Numbered from the stretch's first letter, positions 31,386 to 41,555 are shown. The stretch is 64,000 nucleotides of DNA from an uncultured delta proteobacterium (GCA_963804165.1 CAWDPO010000045.1:160001-224000), one strand, 5' to 3'. Numbers and translations are program-made. Notes: a model not told the origin generated them from the letters alone.

Positions 31386-33383
31386 CTATTCAATCAGCTT
31401 TCTCGCGTCAAGGTGGATGAACGTCGCGCCGCGGTCTTTCGCCCGTTTCACCATGTCTTCCGTGCCCCCTGGCGCGTCGCCGGCGGCACCGTTCCAAAGT
31501 GCGATCAGCGTCAGATGATCTCGTGAAATATAAAGCGCATTGTGCAGGATCCAGAGATTGGCACGTTGCCAGATGTCGTAATCCTTCTTCGCCCGCAGCC
31601 AACGCGGTAATTGCTCTGAGTCCGAAAGTATTCTCGGCTTGAGCTTGTCGTAAAGCCGATCGAAACGATCCGCCCAGCCGGAGCCGCCGTCAGCGACGGA
31701 AGCCTTGATGTATTCGCCTTTTGGCAATACCAGATACATCAGGCTCGGGATCGCGAGCTCCTCGCAGACTTCATGAAATAGGATGTCGCCGCCGGACGCG
31801 CCGCCGGAGATTCCGAGTAGCTTCCCGTGCGCTTTTTCTTTCTCCATCCTCACAGCTTCGAGAATCATCGCCCGCGCATGCTTTTCCTTGGCAGCGGGAA
31901 AACGCGGCGTCTTGCGATCGGGAGCATCGACGCGGTGTCCAGTGAACAAGATTACGCGCGGCGGAGATTCTTGGCTTTGACCGGGACCGGCAACCGGCGC
32001 TATGTTTTCGAGCGCGGCTTGAATATTTTCTCTGAGGATCCCGAGACGTCGGTAAAGCAACATTTGTCGTCGCACGGCATCGCGCGCTTGCTCCGACGCG
32101 CCGGAAACCGCCTTCTTGTAGGCTTGGCCGACCCGATTCGGCCTGCTCGACGTCAAGCAGATCAGATCCGCGGTGCTGATCTCGACCCAAACATCAGTTT
32201 TGTCGATACGCTGTAGAGCCGTTTGCTTCGACTCGATCGCTAACCGGACGCCGGCGGCGAGATCGCTGCGCAACTCTTTGAGCTTTTGCAGCTTTTGTGT
32301 CGCTTCTTCCCTAGTATCAAAGCTATCCTCCCAGACGCCCGGCTGTACCTGCGCCAGCTCCGTCAACATAGTGACCATCGCCAATGCGTTGAGGCCCGAG
32401 TAAAAATGATTGCGGTCTTCGATGAAACCCGCGCGGTAAAGGTCGAAAGACTTCTCCAAATACGGCGAAGCGAGAGCCGACTTCTGCGCCACGTCCAATT
32501 CCGTCAAATTCGCCCAACTCTGCTCCCATTGATTTTTTGCGTTTCGTCCCATTAAGGCGCGAATCTCGGCGCGTTGGCCCGCAGAAATCTCCTTGTTCTG
32601 AAGCGCGCGTTCGACGGCTTGATCCGAGCTCACCAGATCGCCGTGCCGTTGAAAGATCGTGCCCAGAAGAATGTTTGCTTCCGCGTCCATATCGTCATAA
32701 TCGCGCACTGCGGTCCACGTGACCTTGGCGCCAGGCCAGTCTTTCAAGCGAAATTGCGCGTGGCCGACCAGACGTAAGCCGGCTGCGCGCCATGCAAAAC
32801 CGTCGACCTCCGCCGCCAAAAGCTGTAGGTCGCCACACTGTTTGGCTGCCTCCACCCTCTCGACCTCTTCGCGAAAATCGAGCGGAACGACCAGGACTTT
32901 GTTAGGATCGGCAGGCTCCAATCCGGGAAGCAGTTGGAAAATCGGGCTATCGGCGTTCTGCGAGTCCAAGGTTGTTTTGAGCGCGGCAGCGAGGATGTCC
33001 ACAGCGCCGCCCGGACTCTTGGCGTCATAAGACAAATAGCGATCGGTCTTCAGATCAAACGGCACGTCCGTTTCTCGAGGCATACCTTCACTGTCTACAA
33101 TAGATTTGATGAGGAACGTGCGTTTATCTCGCAAAGCATGGCGAATGCCCAATTCGTAAAATACATTGGCGTTATGGATCGAGATATCGGCGATGACGAG
33201 ATCGGCGATGAGCAGTTGTTCGAACATGTCGGCGCGGATGTTTCCTTGCTGGATAAACCGCCCCGTGGTGCCGCCCCTCAAACCCGCCCGGTCCATGGCC
33301 GGACGAATGAGATCGTTTTCGACGCGGTCGAAGTCGATTCCACTCTTGGTACCGAAGGGACGTACGATAAACACGTTCAACAT
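31386..33383 (-). CDS. Multidomain protein: NDT-like (deoxyribohydrolase) domain + DUF4071/TPR region + SLOG domain
   Basis: N-terminal FIVRPFG..ADLVIADIS.HNANVFYELGIRHAL..PFD; central TPR helices with YSGLNA; C-terminal FTGHR, GGASGGD, WQRAN and ALWNG..GGTEDMV. Confidence 0.8.
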   Translation of the reverse strand: MLNVFIVRPFGTKSGIDFDRVENDLIRPAMDRAGLRGGTTGRFIQQGNIRADMFEQLLIADLVIADISIHNANVFYELGIRHALRDKRTFLIKSIVDSEGMPRETDVPFDLKTDRYLSYDAKSPGGAVDILAAALKTTLDSQNADSPIFQLLPGLEPADPNKVLVVPLDFREEVERVEAAKQCGDLQLLAAEVDGFAWRAAGLRLVGHAQFRLKDWPGAKVTWTAVRDYDDMDAEANILLGTIFQRHGDLVSSDQAVERALQNKEISAGQRAEIRALMGRNAKNQWEQSWANLTELDVAQKSALASPYLEKSFDLYRAGFIEDRNHFYSGLNALAMVTMLTELAQVQPGVWEDSFDTREEATQKLQKLKELRSDLAAGVRLAIESKQTALQRIDKTDVWVEISTADLICLTSSRPNRVGQAYKKAVSGASEQARDAVRRQMLLYRRLGILRENIQAALENIAPVAGPGQSQESPPRVILFTGHRVDAPDRKTPRFPAAKEKHARAMILEAVRMEKEKAHGKLLGISGGASGGDILFHEVCEELAIPSLMYLVLPKGEYIKASVADGGSGWADRFDRLYDKLKPRILSDSEQLPRWLRAKKDYDIWQRANLWILHNALYISRDHLTLIALWNGAAGDAPGGTEDMVKRAKDRGATFIHLDARKLIE

Positions 33384-33933
33384 GGCGATGCCTTTCGACG
33401 ATTTGTCTGCTCACGCTGCTTTGTTGCTCATGCTCGCGTGTCTTAAATATCTCTCCCAAATTCGCGCCGTGAGATCGAACATCGGCGGGAACTTGCGCTT
33501 GCCCACCGCAGTGCAGGCGCGATCAAGCTGGAACGAACTGCCGGCGCCGAGCACTGCTTTACGCGTCGTCCCCGCGTCGTCCAGCAAGTGCTTGTCGCGC
33601 GCGAAATTCGGACACCCTCATGTCTCCAGGTATGAAAACCTAAGTATCATTCATTTGCTGCGCGCGCTCAACCGTAGATGCGCTGATCTACAATCCCAGA
33701 GCCGGTCGCATTATCGCGACGTCGAATTGCGGTGTCGGGCTCCCGTCACGGCCACCAAGGTCTTCTGTTAATCACGATTTCGCCGGCGATCAATCGGAAT
33801 AACGATGATCCTCGCGGGCGGAATGAACCGGCGCGTAAATTCGCTGATTGACAGCAACCCCGAACCAAAGGTATTGGAAGCACACAGTCGTCGGGATCGA
33901 ATTGAGCTATTAACCGTCAGGAGGGAGTACCAA

Positions 33934-35334
33934 GTGAACGCACAAAAGATCTTTTCACGCTTATGTACGGGCTGTTTGATGGCGATTCTTGCTGCCGCCA
34001 GCGCGTTCGGCCAGCCGCAGATTCTCGGCGGAGCGAAAGAGCGCCAACCCGGCTACGGCGAAATGGAGAACTTCACGATTCTCTCTTACACCGATCTCAA
34101 CGGCTGGGATCAAGCTGCGGAATTTCGCGTCAGCAAGGATGGCAAGCATGCCTACGTATCGAACTACCAAGGTTTCAGCATCGTCGATGTCAGCGATCCC
34201 GCCCGGCCGAAAGTGATTTCGCAAGTCAAGAATGATCCCAGCGTGCAGAGCCAATACATCGACGTCCTGGGAAACATTCTCGTGATAAACCAGGACGGGG
34301 TTCGCGATGAGAAGATCAAAACCTGGGACGGCGGTATTCGACTCTTCGATATCAGCGATCCCGCCAAGCCTCGCGAAGTGGGTTTCTTCAAAACCGATGT
34401 TGCGCCGCGGCGTGGCGTCCATGGATTTTGGCTTCACGAGGATCCAAAGCAAGGAAAATTTGCTTTCATCGCGACGACCAAAGAAGGCTACTACGACAAC
34501 ATTCTGATGATCGTCGACATCACCGATCCCGCCCAGCCAAAAGAGGTCGCGCGCTGGTGGTTTCCGGGGCAATGGACCGCCGGAGGAGAAAATCCCGGGG
34601 AAAACTGGGTCGAACCCGACCGCGGGCTGCGTGAAGGGTTGCCCAAGATCTGGGTCGCTCTGCATGATATCACCGTTTACAAAGACCGCGCCTATCTCGC
34701 TTACCGCGATCAGGGCGTAATTATTCTGGATATTAGCGACGTGCGTAAGCCGACCATGATCAGCCAGATCAAGTGGTCGCCGCCCGAAGAAGGTAACACC
34801 CACAGCATCGGTATCGTTGTCCCATCCCACGGCGGCAGACCCGATATCATCGTCGCTGGCGACGAATTGGTCCGCCCCGAACATTGTCCATTTGGTTACA
34901 TGCACGTCATCGACGTCCGCAACGAGAAAAATCCGGTTCAGATCTCTACTTTCCGCCTGCCCCTGAACAGGTTTTGCCCGCCCGATCGGCCCGGTCGCCG
35001 TTTTGGCATCCACGATGTCGAGCGGATGATAAAAGGGAATATCGTTTTCAGCGCCTGGGAAAATTCCGGCTTTTGGGCCGTCGATATATCCGATCCGCAT
35101 CAACCGAAAGCCGTCGGTCATTTCGTGCCGCCGGTATTCCGCAAAGTCAACTCTGACGCCGGTCATGCCGACGACGTTTTCGTCCACGACAACGGCTTGG
35201 TCTTCTTCAGTTCGTCCGACCCGGGTGGCGGCTTTTGGATCACGCGACATACGCCAGGGGTGAAGGCCACTGTCGAGTGGACACCCGATAATAAAGGCGT
35301 AAATGTAAAATATGAAAAGCGGCCCGAGAATTAA
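33934..35334 (+). CDS. Exported LVIVD-repeat beta-propeller protein
   Basis: RBS GGAGGGAG, GTG start, signal peptide ending AFG-Q. Six repeats such as SIVDVSDPARP, LFDISDPAKP, IVDITDPAQP, ILDISDVRKP, VIDVRNEKNP and AVDISDPHQP. Confidence 0.88.
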   Translation: MNAQKIFSRLCTGCLMAILAAASAFGQPQILGGAKERQPGYGEMENFTILSYTDLNGWDQAAEFRVSKDGKHAYVSNYQGFSIVDVSDPARPKVISQVKNDPSVQSQYIDVLGNILVINQDGVRDEKIKTWDGGIRLFDISDPAKPREVGFFKTDVAPRRGVHGFWLHEDPKQGKFAFIATTKEGYYDNILMIVDITDPAQPKEVARWWFPGQWTAGGENPGENWVEPDRGLREGLPKIWVALHDITVYKDRAYLAYRDQGVIILDISDVRKPTMISQIKWSPPEEGNTHSIGIVVPSHGGRPDIIVAGDELVRPEHCPFGYMHVIDVRNEKNPVQISTFRLPLNRFCPPDRPGRRFGIHDVERMIKGNIVFSAWENSGFWAVDISDPHQPKAVGHFVPPVFRKVNSDAGHADDVFVHDNGLVFFSSSDPGGGFWITRHTPGVKATVEWTPDNKGVNVKYEKRPEN

Positions 35335-35740
35335 CGCCAAACTCTGTCTTATTTTACTGCTATTCGGCGTCTTCCATTCCCTACCGGCGTTTGCCGGCCA
35401 CGGCGTGGAAGACACCGTCGACAACTTAAGCGCCGATCGCGTCAAGCAGCTCATGGACGCCGGAGAAAAGCTGGTGTTCATCGATCTGCGCCCGGCGAAG
35501 GAGTATCAGGAAAAACGTCTGCCCGGCGCGCGTTCGATTCCTCTCGCCGAAGTCGCAAGTCGGTTCGGCGAAATTCCCAAGAGCGGAAGAGTGGTCCTTT
35601 ATTGCGACTGCAAACCCTACGACGCCGCAGACCGCGCCGTGTTTTTGGAATATCGCGGTTATCGAAATATTTTCATCATGCCCGAAGGCTTCGCCGGCTG
35701 GGTCAAACGCGGCTATCCGCTGGAAACTGCCCGTCGCTGA
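35312..35740 (+). CDS. Exported rhodanese-like domain protein
   Basis: Signal peptide ending AFA-GH; motifs FIDLR, RLPGARSIP, LYCDC and GFAGW..GYP. Confidence 0.88.
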   Translation: MKSGPRINAKLCLILLLFGVFHSLPAFAGHGVEDTVDNLSADRVKQLMDAGEKLVFIDLRPAKEYQEKRLPGARSIPLAEVASRFGEIPKSGRVVLYCDCKPYDAADRAVFLEYRGYRNIFIMPEGFAGWVKRGYPLETARR

Positions 35741-36099
35741 TGCCGCGATCTTGGCTTTCTGCGACTTTTATCCTGCTGCTTGCGCCGTCGATGGTCTCGG
35801 CTCATGCCTATCTCGTCAAGTCGGTGCCGGCGCAACGCGCCGTGCTTTTTCGCGCTCCCGCTAAGATCCAACTTTGGTTCAACGAGCGCTTGGAGCCGCG
35901 CTACTCTTCCTTCACTTTGAGCGACGCCGCGGGCAATCCGGTCGAGATCGGCAACTCAGAAGTGCCCAGCGATGATCCCAAACAAATCTCCGCATCGATC
36001 AAAAGCCTCCCCGCCGGGCGCTACCTGATCAAATATCGCGTCCTCTCCGTCGACGGCCATGTGGTTCAAGATAAGTTTCCGTTCACCATCAGGCAATGA
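35740..36099 (+). CDS. copC: Periplasmic copper-binding protein CopC
   Basis: Mature N-terminus HAYLVKSVPA, motifs FNE and SVDGH, no Met-rich loop; start overlaps the upstream stop (TGATG). Confidence 0.92.
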   Translation: MPRSWLSATFILLLAPSMVSAHAYLVKSVPAQRAVLFRAPAKIQLWFNERLEPRYSSFTLSDAAGNPVEIGNSEVPSDDPKQISASIKSLPAGRYLIKYRVLSVDGHVVQDKFPFTIRQ

Positions 36100-38135
36100 G
36101 TGAGCTATCGGCAGTCGTTCGCTTCGTTCATCTGACCGCTGCCGTGCTGCTTGCGGGTGGCTTTGCCTTCGATCTGCTGATCGCGGGCCCGGCGTTTGCG
36201 CGTAACCGCCCGGATGGCAAATCCCATTACCCGGATTTTTTGACATTTCAGGTTCGCCTCGCGAGATGGTACGTAGTAGTGGAATTCATCACCGCCATGC
36301 TCGCCCTCTGGCTGCAGACGGCCAGCGTGAGCGAATTGTCCGCGGGTGCATCATTCTCTCGCAGCGCCACCTTCACTCTGCTGGTGGAGACACAGTATGG
36401 AAAAGTCTGGCTAGTCCGGATGGTGCTACTGCTTGTCCTCGCAACCGTCATCTTCAGCGCTGTCCGCAAACGTAGCGCAGAAAATAATGTTGCCCTCCAA
36501 AGCTCAGGCTTCGTACTGAGCATTTGCTTGCTGGCATCGTTGGCTCTCGCCGGCCACGCTGCCGCTGGCGAAGGCATCGCGTTGCTGTTACTGGGGGCAG
36601 CGGACGCGTTTCACTTGCTGGCAACTGGTATCTGGTTGGGTGGATTGATACCGCTCGCGGCTCTGATGCGTCAATGCGTTCGACAACCTAATGCCGCACT
36701 CTTAGAGGTCGGGAGAGAAGCGACGCGACGTTTTTCCAAAGTAGGAATCGTAACCGTCAGCATTCTTATCGCCACTGGCGTCTACAATGCCTGGAATTTG
36801 GTCGGCGGATTCGCAGCACTGTTCGGAACACGCTATGGCAATCTCTTGCTGATCAAAATGGGCGCTATCATTCCCCTACTGTGCATCGCGGCCGTGAATC
36901 TTGTGCGGCTCAAGCCGAAAATTGTCGAAGCGCCACAAGCCCAGCCCGAAAAGGCAAATGCCTCTCTAAAGCAACTGACTCGCAATGTGATGATCGAAGC
37001 CGTGCTCGGCATATCCATCTTGCTCATCGTCGGCCACATGGGCGTCACACCGCCGGCCCGCCATGTCCCGCCCGACTGGCCGTTTTCGTTTCGTTGGGAT
37101 TGGAGCGTTCTCGACAAAGCGCCAAAGGCGCGTGCGGAAGTCGAGCGTGGCATGATATGGGCGGGAGTCGGTGCAATTGCGCTGATCACGGCTCTCACGC
37201 GCCGGCGCCGGCGAATCTTAGGCGCGGTTATCGGATTCGGCGCGCTCGGATATGCTAGCAACACAGTTCACACTGCGGTTTCGATTGATGCCTACCCGGC
37301 AACTTACAAGCGGCCCGCTGTCGCTTATCACGCGATCTCTGTCGCTAACGGTCGCATGCTGTATCAAGAAAGCGGCTGCATCGCCTGTCACGGACCCAAC
37401 GGCTACGGCGACGGGCCCACGGCACAAGATCTAAATCCGAAACCTGTCGACCTCACCGCCGCGCACGCCAACGCGCACACCGCCGGCGATCTTTATTGGT
37501 GGTTGAGTCACGGCGTCAAGCAATCCTCCGCCATGCCGGGTTTCAGCCAAAGCTTGAACGAAGAAGAACGCTGGGACTTGATCAACTACATGCGCGCGCT
37601 ATCGAGCGGCGACAAGGCGCGCTCGCTCGCGCCCGTGATCGAGGAGAATCCTTGGCTCGTCGCGCCGGACTTCGCCTATGGGACCAATGCCGGCGAACCG
37701 AGCACCCTTAAGGACCACCGCGGCGACAAGATCGTCTTGCTCGTGTTGCTCAATCTGCAGGACACTGAAAAACGATTGAAAGAAATCGCCAACGCCCTGC
37801 CGCGACTGCAGTCCGCCGGTGTCGAGATGATCGTGGTTCCAAAGGTGACCGATCAGCTTTTCGTTGCCAACAAGGCACCGGGCCTTATCGTAACGGAAGG
37901 GATCAGGGAAATCACGGAAACCTATACTCTCTTCGCTCGCTCATTCGCCGACGAGAATTTACTCTCGGCCACACCTCATGTGGAATATCTCATCGACAGA
38001 CAAGGCTACATCCGTGCGCGCTGGCTGCCCGCCGAAAACGACGCATGGCGCAAAAGCGAGTCGCTCATGGCGCAAATCGATCTGCTGCGTAAAGAGAAAC
38101 CCCGCGCCCCCGCACCCGACGAACACGTGCACTAG
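36096..38135 (+). CDS. copD: CopD membrane domain fused to cytochrome c and a Cys-less thioredoxin/peroxiredoxin-like domain
   Basis: CopD motifs RFVH, TQYGKVW, AGHA, HLLATGIWLGGL, RRFS and YG.LL.IK; heme motif CIACH with axial AMP; APDF..YLIDRQGYIRARW; C-terminal EHVH. Confidence 0.88.
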   Translation: MSELSAVVRFVHLTAAVLLAGGFAFDLLIAGPAFARNRPDGKSHYPDFLTFQVRLARWYVVVEFITAMLALWLQTASVSELSAGASFSRSATFTLLVETQYGKVWLVRMVLLLVLATVIFSAVRKRSAENNVALQSSGFVLSICLLASLALAGHAAAGEGIALLLLGAADAFHLLATGIWLGGLIPLAALMRQCVRQPNAALLEVGREATRRFSKVGIVTVSILIATGVYNAWNLVGGFAALFGTRYGNLLLIKMGAIIPLLCIAAVNLVRLKPKIVEAPQAQPEKANASLKQLTRNVMIEAVLGISILLIVGHMGVTPPARHVPPDWPFSFRWDWSVLDKAPKARAEVERGMIWAGVGAIALITALTRRRRRILGAVIGFGALGYASNTVHTAVSIDAYPATYKRPAVAYHAISVANGRMLYQESGCIACHGPNGYGDGPTAQDLNPKPVDLTAAHANAHTAGDLYWWLSHGVKQSSAMPGFSQSLNEEERWDLINYMRALSSGDKARSLAPVIEENPWLVAPDFAYGTNAGEPSTLKDHRGDKIVLLVLLNLQDTEKRLKEIANALPRLQSAGVEMIVVPKVTDQLFVANKAPGLIVTEGIREITETYTLFARSFADENLLSATPHVEYLIDRQGYIRARWLPAENDAWRKSESLMAQIDLLRKEKPRAPAPDEHVH

Positions 38136-38158
38136 CAGGGGCGCGACTCATCGCGCCC
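38135..38158 (+). repeat. GTAG-like REP (GCAG variant)
   Basis: GCAG-GGGCGCGA-CTCA-TCGCGCCC directly after the copD stop. Confidence 0.6.
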
Positions 38159-38299
38159 TGAGAATCACCAACCCAAACACCTTGACGATAATCCGCCGGT
38201 GCGGCTATAAGCAGCAATCGATCGACAAGAATTCACCTAAGAATCGATGCCGGTGCAAACGCCATCCGAATCTCGCCTCGGTCGAAACGGAGGTCTCAC

Positions 38300-39835
38300 A
38301 TGGGAGCGAACTCTAGCAAACTGACTCGCCGGCAGTTTTTGCAAAAAAGCGCGGCTCTGAGTCTCAGCGGCTTAAGCCTCGCCTCGCGTCCGCGTTTGGC
38401 TCGCGCCGCGTCGAAGGAACGCGTCGTCGTATTCCAAGGCGTCGGGCTGGATTCGCTTCATCCCTACGCCTATAGCGGTGGCGGCATCAGCGGCATTTGG
38501 CAGCACGTGATCGAGCCGTTGATCGAAATGGATTACTCCCGAAGTGTATACGTCGGCGTGCTGGCCGAGTCGTGGGAGTTTCAAGGTAAGAAATGGATTT
38601 TCCATTTGCGCAAGAAGGTTCGTTTTCATGATGGCTCGCCGCTTACGTCCAAGGACGTGCTTTTTACCATCGATCGCATGATCAACGATCGTAAGAGCCT
38701 GCAAGCTTCCAACTTTGCCGAGGTGACCGGCGTCGAAGCTCCCGACGATTACACCGTGACGATCACGACCAAACAACCCAACGCGGTCTTGCTCGAACGC
38801 TTGAACAACCGCTTCATCGTCAGCCAATCGGCGACGGAAAAAAACGGCAATCAGCTCGATAACTACAAAACCGGCACCGGGCCGTACAAGCTGGTCAGCT
38901 GGCAGCGAGCTGGGAATTTAGTGCTCACGCGCAACGACGACTATTGGCGCGCCAAGCCGGAGATCAAAGAGGTTCTGTTTAAGACTGTCAAAGAGGAAGC
39001 GGCGCGCGTCGCCGGGCTACTAGCGGGCCAGGCGGATGCGATCAGCAATTTGCCGATCGAGGAAATCGAGCGTGTCGAAAAGAACCCGCGCACGCGAGTC
39101 GAACGAGTTCAGGGTTATCGCATGTATTTTTTGGCGATGAACGTGACCCACAAACCGTTCGACAACAAGCAGGTGCGCCAGGCTTTCAATTATTCCGTGG
39201 ACCCGACGGTCATCCTAAAGCATATTTTTGAAGGAAACGGTTACGCACTGAATGGTCCGCTGAGCTCGAACATGATCGGCTATGACCCGGCGATCAAGCG
39301 TTACCCTTATGACCCCAAGAAGGCCCGCGAGCTGCTCGCCAAAGCCGGCTACCCGAATGGTCTGGAGGTTAAGCTTTACCTGGCGCCGGACCGTCATTTG
39401 AAAGGCAAAGAAGTCTGCCAAGTGATTGCCCGCCAACTCGCCGAGAGCGGCATCAAAGTGGATCTCGTGCCGCAAGAGTACCCGATCTATTGGGGCAGAG
39501 ACGGCGTCAACGGCGGTAAATTGCCTTTCTATTATGCCGGCAGATCAGCCTACGACGCCGATACCTTTTACGACCAATATTTTCACACCGGGGTGACCAA
39601 ACGCACCGGCTACAGCAATCCGGAATTGGACAAGCTCATCGAGGAAGAACAGCAAACCGGCGATCATAAGAAACGCGTTGGAATTCTCCAGCAGGCCGGG
39701 CGTATCGTGATGGAAGACGCTCCCGTCGTGCCGCTCTACACGCTCGCGGAAATTTATGGCTTGGCGCGAAATATCATTTGGCAAGGCAATCCGAATAACG
39801 AAATCATTGTCGCCGATATGAAGATCAAGGGGTGA
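38300..39835 (+). CDS. Family 5 (DppA/OppA-like) solute-binding protein, TAT-exported
   Basis: TRRQFL, LAESW, FHDGSP, GTGPYK and VRQA; promoter TTGACG-N18-TATAAG at 38182-38211. Confidence 0.93.
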   Translation: MGANSSKLTRRQFLQKSAALSLSGLSLASRPRLARAASKERVVVFQGVGLDSLHPYAYSGGGISGIWQHVIEPLIEMDYSRSVYVGVLAESWEFQGKKWIFHLRKKVRFHDGSPLTSKDVLFTIDRMINDRKSLQASNFAEVTGVEAPDDYTVTITTKQPNAVLLERLNNRFIVSQSATEKNGNQLDNYKTGTGPYKLVSWQRAGNLVLTRNDDYWRAKPEIKEVLFKTVKEEAARVAGLLAGQADAISNLPIEEIERVEKNPRTRVERVQGYRMYFLAMNVTHKPFDNKQVRQAFNYSVDPTVILKHIFEGNGYALNGPLSSNMIGYDPAIKRYPYDPKKARELLAKAGYPNGLEVKLYLAPDRHLKGKEVCQVIARQLAESGIKVDLVPQEYPIYWGRDGVNGGKLPFYYAGRSAYDADTFYDQYFHTGVTKRTGYSNPELDKLIEEEQQTGDHKKRVGILQQAGRIVMEDAPVVPLYTLAEIYGLARNIIWQGNPNNEIIVADMKIKG

Positions 39836-39841
39836 TAAGAG

Positions 39842-39902
39842 TTGGCGTGAGGGAGTGTTGGTTGCTCAATTCACCCAATCTTCCAACACTCCATCACGCC
39901 AA
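39842..39902. repeat. Degenerate 8-mer inverted array between convergent genes (possible bidirectional terminator)
   Basis: TTGGCGTGAGGGAGTGTTGG ... CCAACACTCCATCACGCCAA; same unit as 4971-5044. Confidence 0.65.
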
Positions 39903-39907
39903 TTTTC

Positions 39908-41392
39908 TCATCCTCTGCTCAGCCATTCACCGAGCGCTTGGCCGTACGGAGCCGCATCAAGTCCATAAACAGCGAAATCTCCGCTAAAGGCGGCTAACGC
40001 CGAAAACGCGGCATCCCCGTGTTTCCGCTCCTTCGTCACATCCGCGAGCATCAGGAAGAACGAAGCGGCGGTGCCGTTCTGATCGATTAACGATAATCGC
40101 GAGCCGAAAAACTCCAGTTCGCTCTTTCCGCGGTCGAAGTAACCACCGCCAGGATTGCTGAGATGCAAAAGAATAAACTCCGCTAGCTCTTTCGCGCGCT
40201 CGAGAAAGGAAACTTCGTTGCTAGCGCGGTACGCTTGCACCAGCGCGATTCCCATGCGCGCCTGATCGTTCAGCAAGCCCGCCGCGTGCGGCGCACCGTC
40301 GGAGTAATGAAACATACCTTGATGCTCGCTCCGATTGTGGCGCCAAAGATATTCGATAACGCTCAGGGCCCGCGTTTTGTACGTGGACTGGTTTAGGACA
40401 TCCGCGGCGGCTAAATATGCGGTGATCGCCTGCGCGTTAGCATCGGTATAGACGCATTCGTCGATGATGGCAAAGAACTCGTCAGTCCTCGCGTCCTCGT
40501 CCCGGCGCAGGAAATCCTCGCATCCAAAAAACGCCGGTTTTGATGCGTCAAAAAGTTTTTGGTCTAAGTAGCCGATGATTTCTTCAGCCATGCGCGCATA
40601 CTCGGGTCGCTGCGTGATGCGAAACAGCCGCAAGCAATTCCCGAGCAAACCAGCCTGCTCGGCCAACAGCTTCTCGCGGTGCGGTTGTACCCAGTCGGCC
40701 CCCGTCGTCGTGCGAAAATATCCGGCGTCGTTGTCATCGTAGATGGGACTTGCTCGCATCCGATCCAACGTCAGGCGCACATGCTTGAGACAAGCCGGTT
40801 CCTTGGTCGCTTCGTAACGGGATAGCAAAAAATCATTGGCTTCAGCCTGTATGAATTTTTGGCCTCTGCCATAGCCGCCGTTCACAAGGTCGGCTGTAGC
40901 CAAAACTACGTCCGTAATCTCTCGAAGACTTACGTTACTCGGCGAATCTGACGGAATTGTCGGTGCCACAGCGAATTCACTCGTGTCGACGCTTAGTCGG
41001 AACTCGTCTTTCCGCTGCTCATACTCCATGTACACGTTAAGCAAAAACTCTTTGAACTCGTCGGTGGGAAGATAATTTGCCGCCGCGAGGAGTTTCCCGT
41101 TAGGAGTCAGAAAAGCGAGCGTCGGCCAGCCGTTGAGATTGTAGCGCGCGTCGATGTCGGGCCGCTTGGCGTTTTCCACCCGCAGCGAGACAAAGTAGGC
41201 GTTGAGCAACGCCATGTTTTCTCGGTCCGAGAACGCCCCTTCATCCATGCGCTGGCAGTAGCGGCACCAAAACGCCCCTAAAAAAAGCATGACGGGTCGG
41301 TCTTGCTCGCGCGCCTTTCGAAACGCGTCGTCTTCGGACTCGATCCAATGAATCAAGTGGGAGAGATTCGGATTTGGCGAAAAGCGAAACAT
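39908..41392 (-). CDS. YyaL/SPATA20-like thioredoxin (DUF255) + (alpha/alpha)6 barrel protein
   Basis: Motifs WCRYCQRM, RPDID, GWPT, GGYG..KF, PHREKLLAEQA and LLNDQA. Confidence 0.88.
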   Translation of the reverse strand: MFRFSPNPNLSHLIHWIESEDDAFRKAREQDRPVMLFLGAFWCRYCQRMDEGAFSDRENMALLNAYFVSLRVENAKRPDIDARYNLNGWPTLAFLTPNGKLLAAANYLPTDEFKEFLLNVYMEYEQRKDEFRLSVDTSEFAVAPTIPSDSPSNVSLREITDVVLATADLVNGGYGRGQKFIQAEANDFLLSRYEATKEPACLKHVRLTLDRMRASPIYDDNDAGYFRTTTGADWVQPHREKLLAEQAGLLGNCLRLFRITQRPEYARMAEEIIGYLDQKLFDASKPAFFGCEDFLRRDEDARTDEFFAIIDECVYTDANAQAITAYLAAADVLNQSTYKTRALSVIEYLWRHNRSEHQGMFHYSDGAPHAAGLLNDQARMGIALVQAYRASNEVSFLERAKELAEFILLHLSNPGGGYFDRGKSELEFFGSRLSLIDQNGTAASFFLMLADVTKERKHGDAAFSALAAFSGDFAVYGLDAAPYGQALGEWLSRG

Positions 41393-41454
41393 AATGCGGT
41401 CGATCACCCTTAACTATCACCGTTTCGCCGTCAGAAGAAACGTCGGGAATCATT

Positions 41455-41514
41455 GTAGGGGCAGACCTCTGTGTCTGCCCCATCGGACGGGCGATCACAC
41501 AGGATCGCCCCTAC
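41455..41514. repeat. Inverted GTAG REP pair (REPIN-like)
   Basis: GTAGGGGCAGACCTCTGTGTCTGCCC ... GGGCGATCACACAGGATCGCCCCTAC. Confidence 0.9.
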
Positions 41515-41555
41515 ATAAATTCACACTACTGAATTATTACCGATGCGCATTCGCG

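Noticed and set aside
33400-33800. Possible small partner gene upstream of the NDT-TPR-SLOG gene
   Set aside because: The ATG at 33621 on the minus strand stops after about 20 codons, and other frames have no recognisable features
33961-35481. 506-aa antisense ORF
   Set aside because: Shadow of the LVIVD gene in GC-rich DNA, with no recognisable motifs
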